In this document: one piece after another, positions 63,215 through 64,000 of the stretch
Position numbering within the stretch: position 1 is the stretch's first letter
Layout: each line of letters starts with the position of its first letter
Assembly (NCBI RefSeq): GCF_037042905.1
Contig: NC_087251.1
Location: 46,192,001-46,256,000, forward strand
Direction of reading: 5' to 3'
Source: Lytechinus pictus
Lineage: Eukaryota
DNA: 64,000 nt
Position numbers and translations under genes: made by a program
Notes under the pieces: generated by a model
Seen by the model: the letters and a program-made list of their open reading frames with translations, nothing else
Told to the model about the DNA's origin: nothing
Databases searched by the model: none

Positions 63215-64000
63215 CAGGGGCGTCGATCCATTTTTCAGATTGGGGGGGGGGGGGCAAAATCATGAATCAACGTTCCAAAGGCGCTCGATCACACAAAACA
63301 AACAAACTCACCCACACACACCCCTACACCCCCCACACGCACATAGGCCTATATTTTATTTTCAGTATATGCATATATATATATATATATATATGACTCA
63401 TGAGAAAGAGACACATATCTCACCCTCACCAACAATGCGAGCGCGAAGCGCGAGCTGAAATTTTTTAGTATGACATGAAAACAGGAAAAATGTACCTGTT
63501 TAGGTTTGTAGTAACTCATGAGGAGGATAGATACATGTATCTCACTAGAGAGCGAGCTGAAATTTCTTTATATTCTGACCTGAAAGCTTAATATTCTAAG
63601 CATTTTTGGTACCAATGATTAAGAAGGGTATCTAGAAGAACAATAGATGCGAGCGCGAAGCGCAAGCTGAAAATTTTGATATTTCAATCTGGAAAAAAAA
63701 GACAGATTAATGGACGCTTTTAATAAAGAACAAGATATACATCCAACAAAATATTATCGCAAATCGAAGCGGGAGTTCTTTTGAGGTTTAGAACTGAAAA
63801 CGGGACATTCTATTCACCTATTTAGGCATGAAAAGTATGGGTTTTCACAGAAATGATGCGAGCGCGAAGCGCGAGCTGAAATTTTTATATTCCAATCTGA
63901 AAAGCAGACATTTTGAGCACGATTTTATATCAAAATCGAGTTGGTATCTCAATCTCGCTTGCTGATTTCAGTGTAGCATTACAATCTTATTTTATTTTTT
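63215..64000 (+). mobile_element. Left part of a hAT-like element with periodic GCGAGCGCGAAGCGCGAGC motifs; runs off the window
   Basis: CAGGGGCGTCGATCC terminus followed by a G-run. The motif occurs at ~63438, 63649 and 63858. Confidence 0.65.

Overview
AT-rich, intron-containing animal DNA that is dense in transposon remnants. The repeat landscape suggests an echinoderm, probably a sea urchin, which is an inference I cannot confirm here. Two protein-coding genes are supported, both on the + strand. (1) An uninterrupted ~2.05-kb ORF (450-2504) encodes a largely disordered protein with a divergent TIR-like fold in which the usual catalytic Glu position appears to be Gln. (2) A sororin (CDCA5) gene was assembled by hand from six coding exons (41956-53782); it has a KEN box, an FGF motif and the C-terminal sororin motif, and the ORF track missed most of it. 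The rest is non-autonomous mobile DNA: hAT-, PIF/Harbinger-, Kolobok- and CACTA-like MITEs, three Helentron/DINE-type elements with internal satellites, tRNA-derived SINEs and LINE 3' tails. The most unusual structures are two ~4-kb near-perfect palindromes (21644-25754 and 45796-49616), a templated insertion between an 87-bp duplication in a sororin intron, a 37-bp mini-transposon upstream of sororin, and satellite-borne arrays of AGGTCA nuclear-receptor half-sites. I see no prokaryotic-type system (CRISPR, operon) and no intact transposase. Superfamily assignments rest on termini and target-site duplications (TSDs) only.
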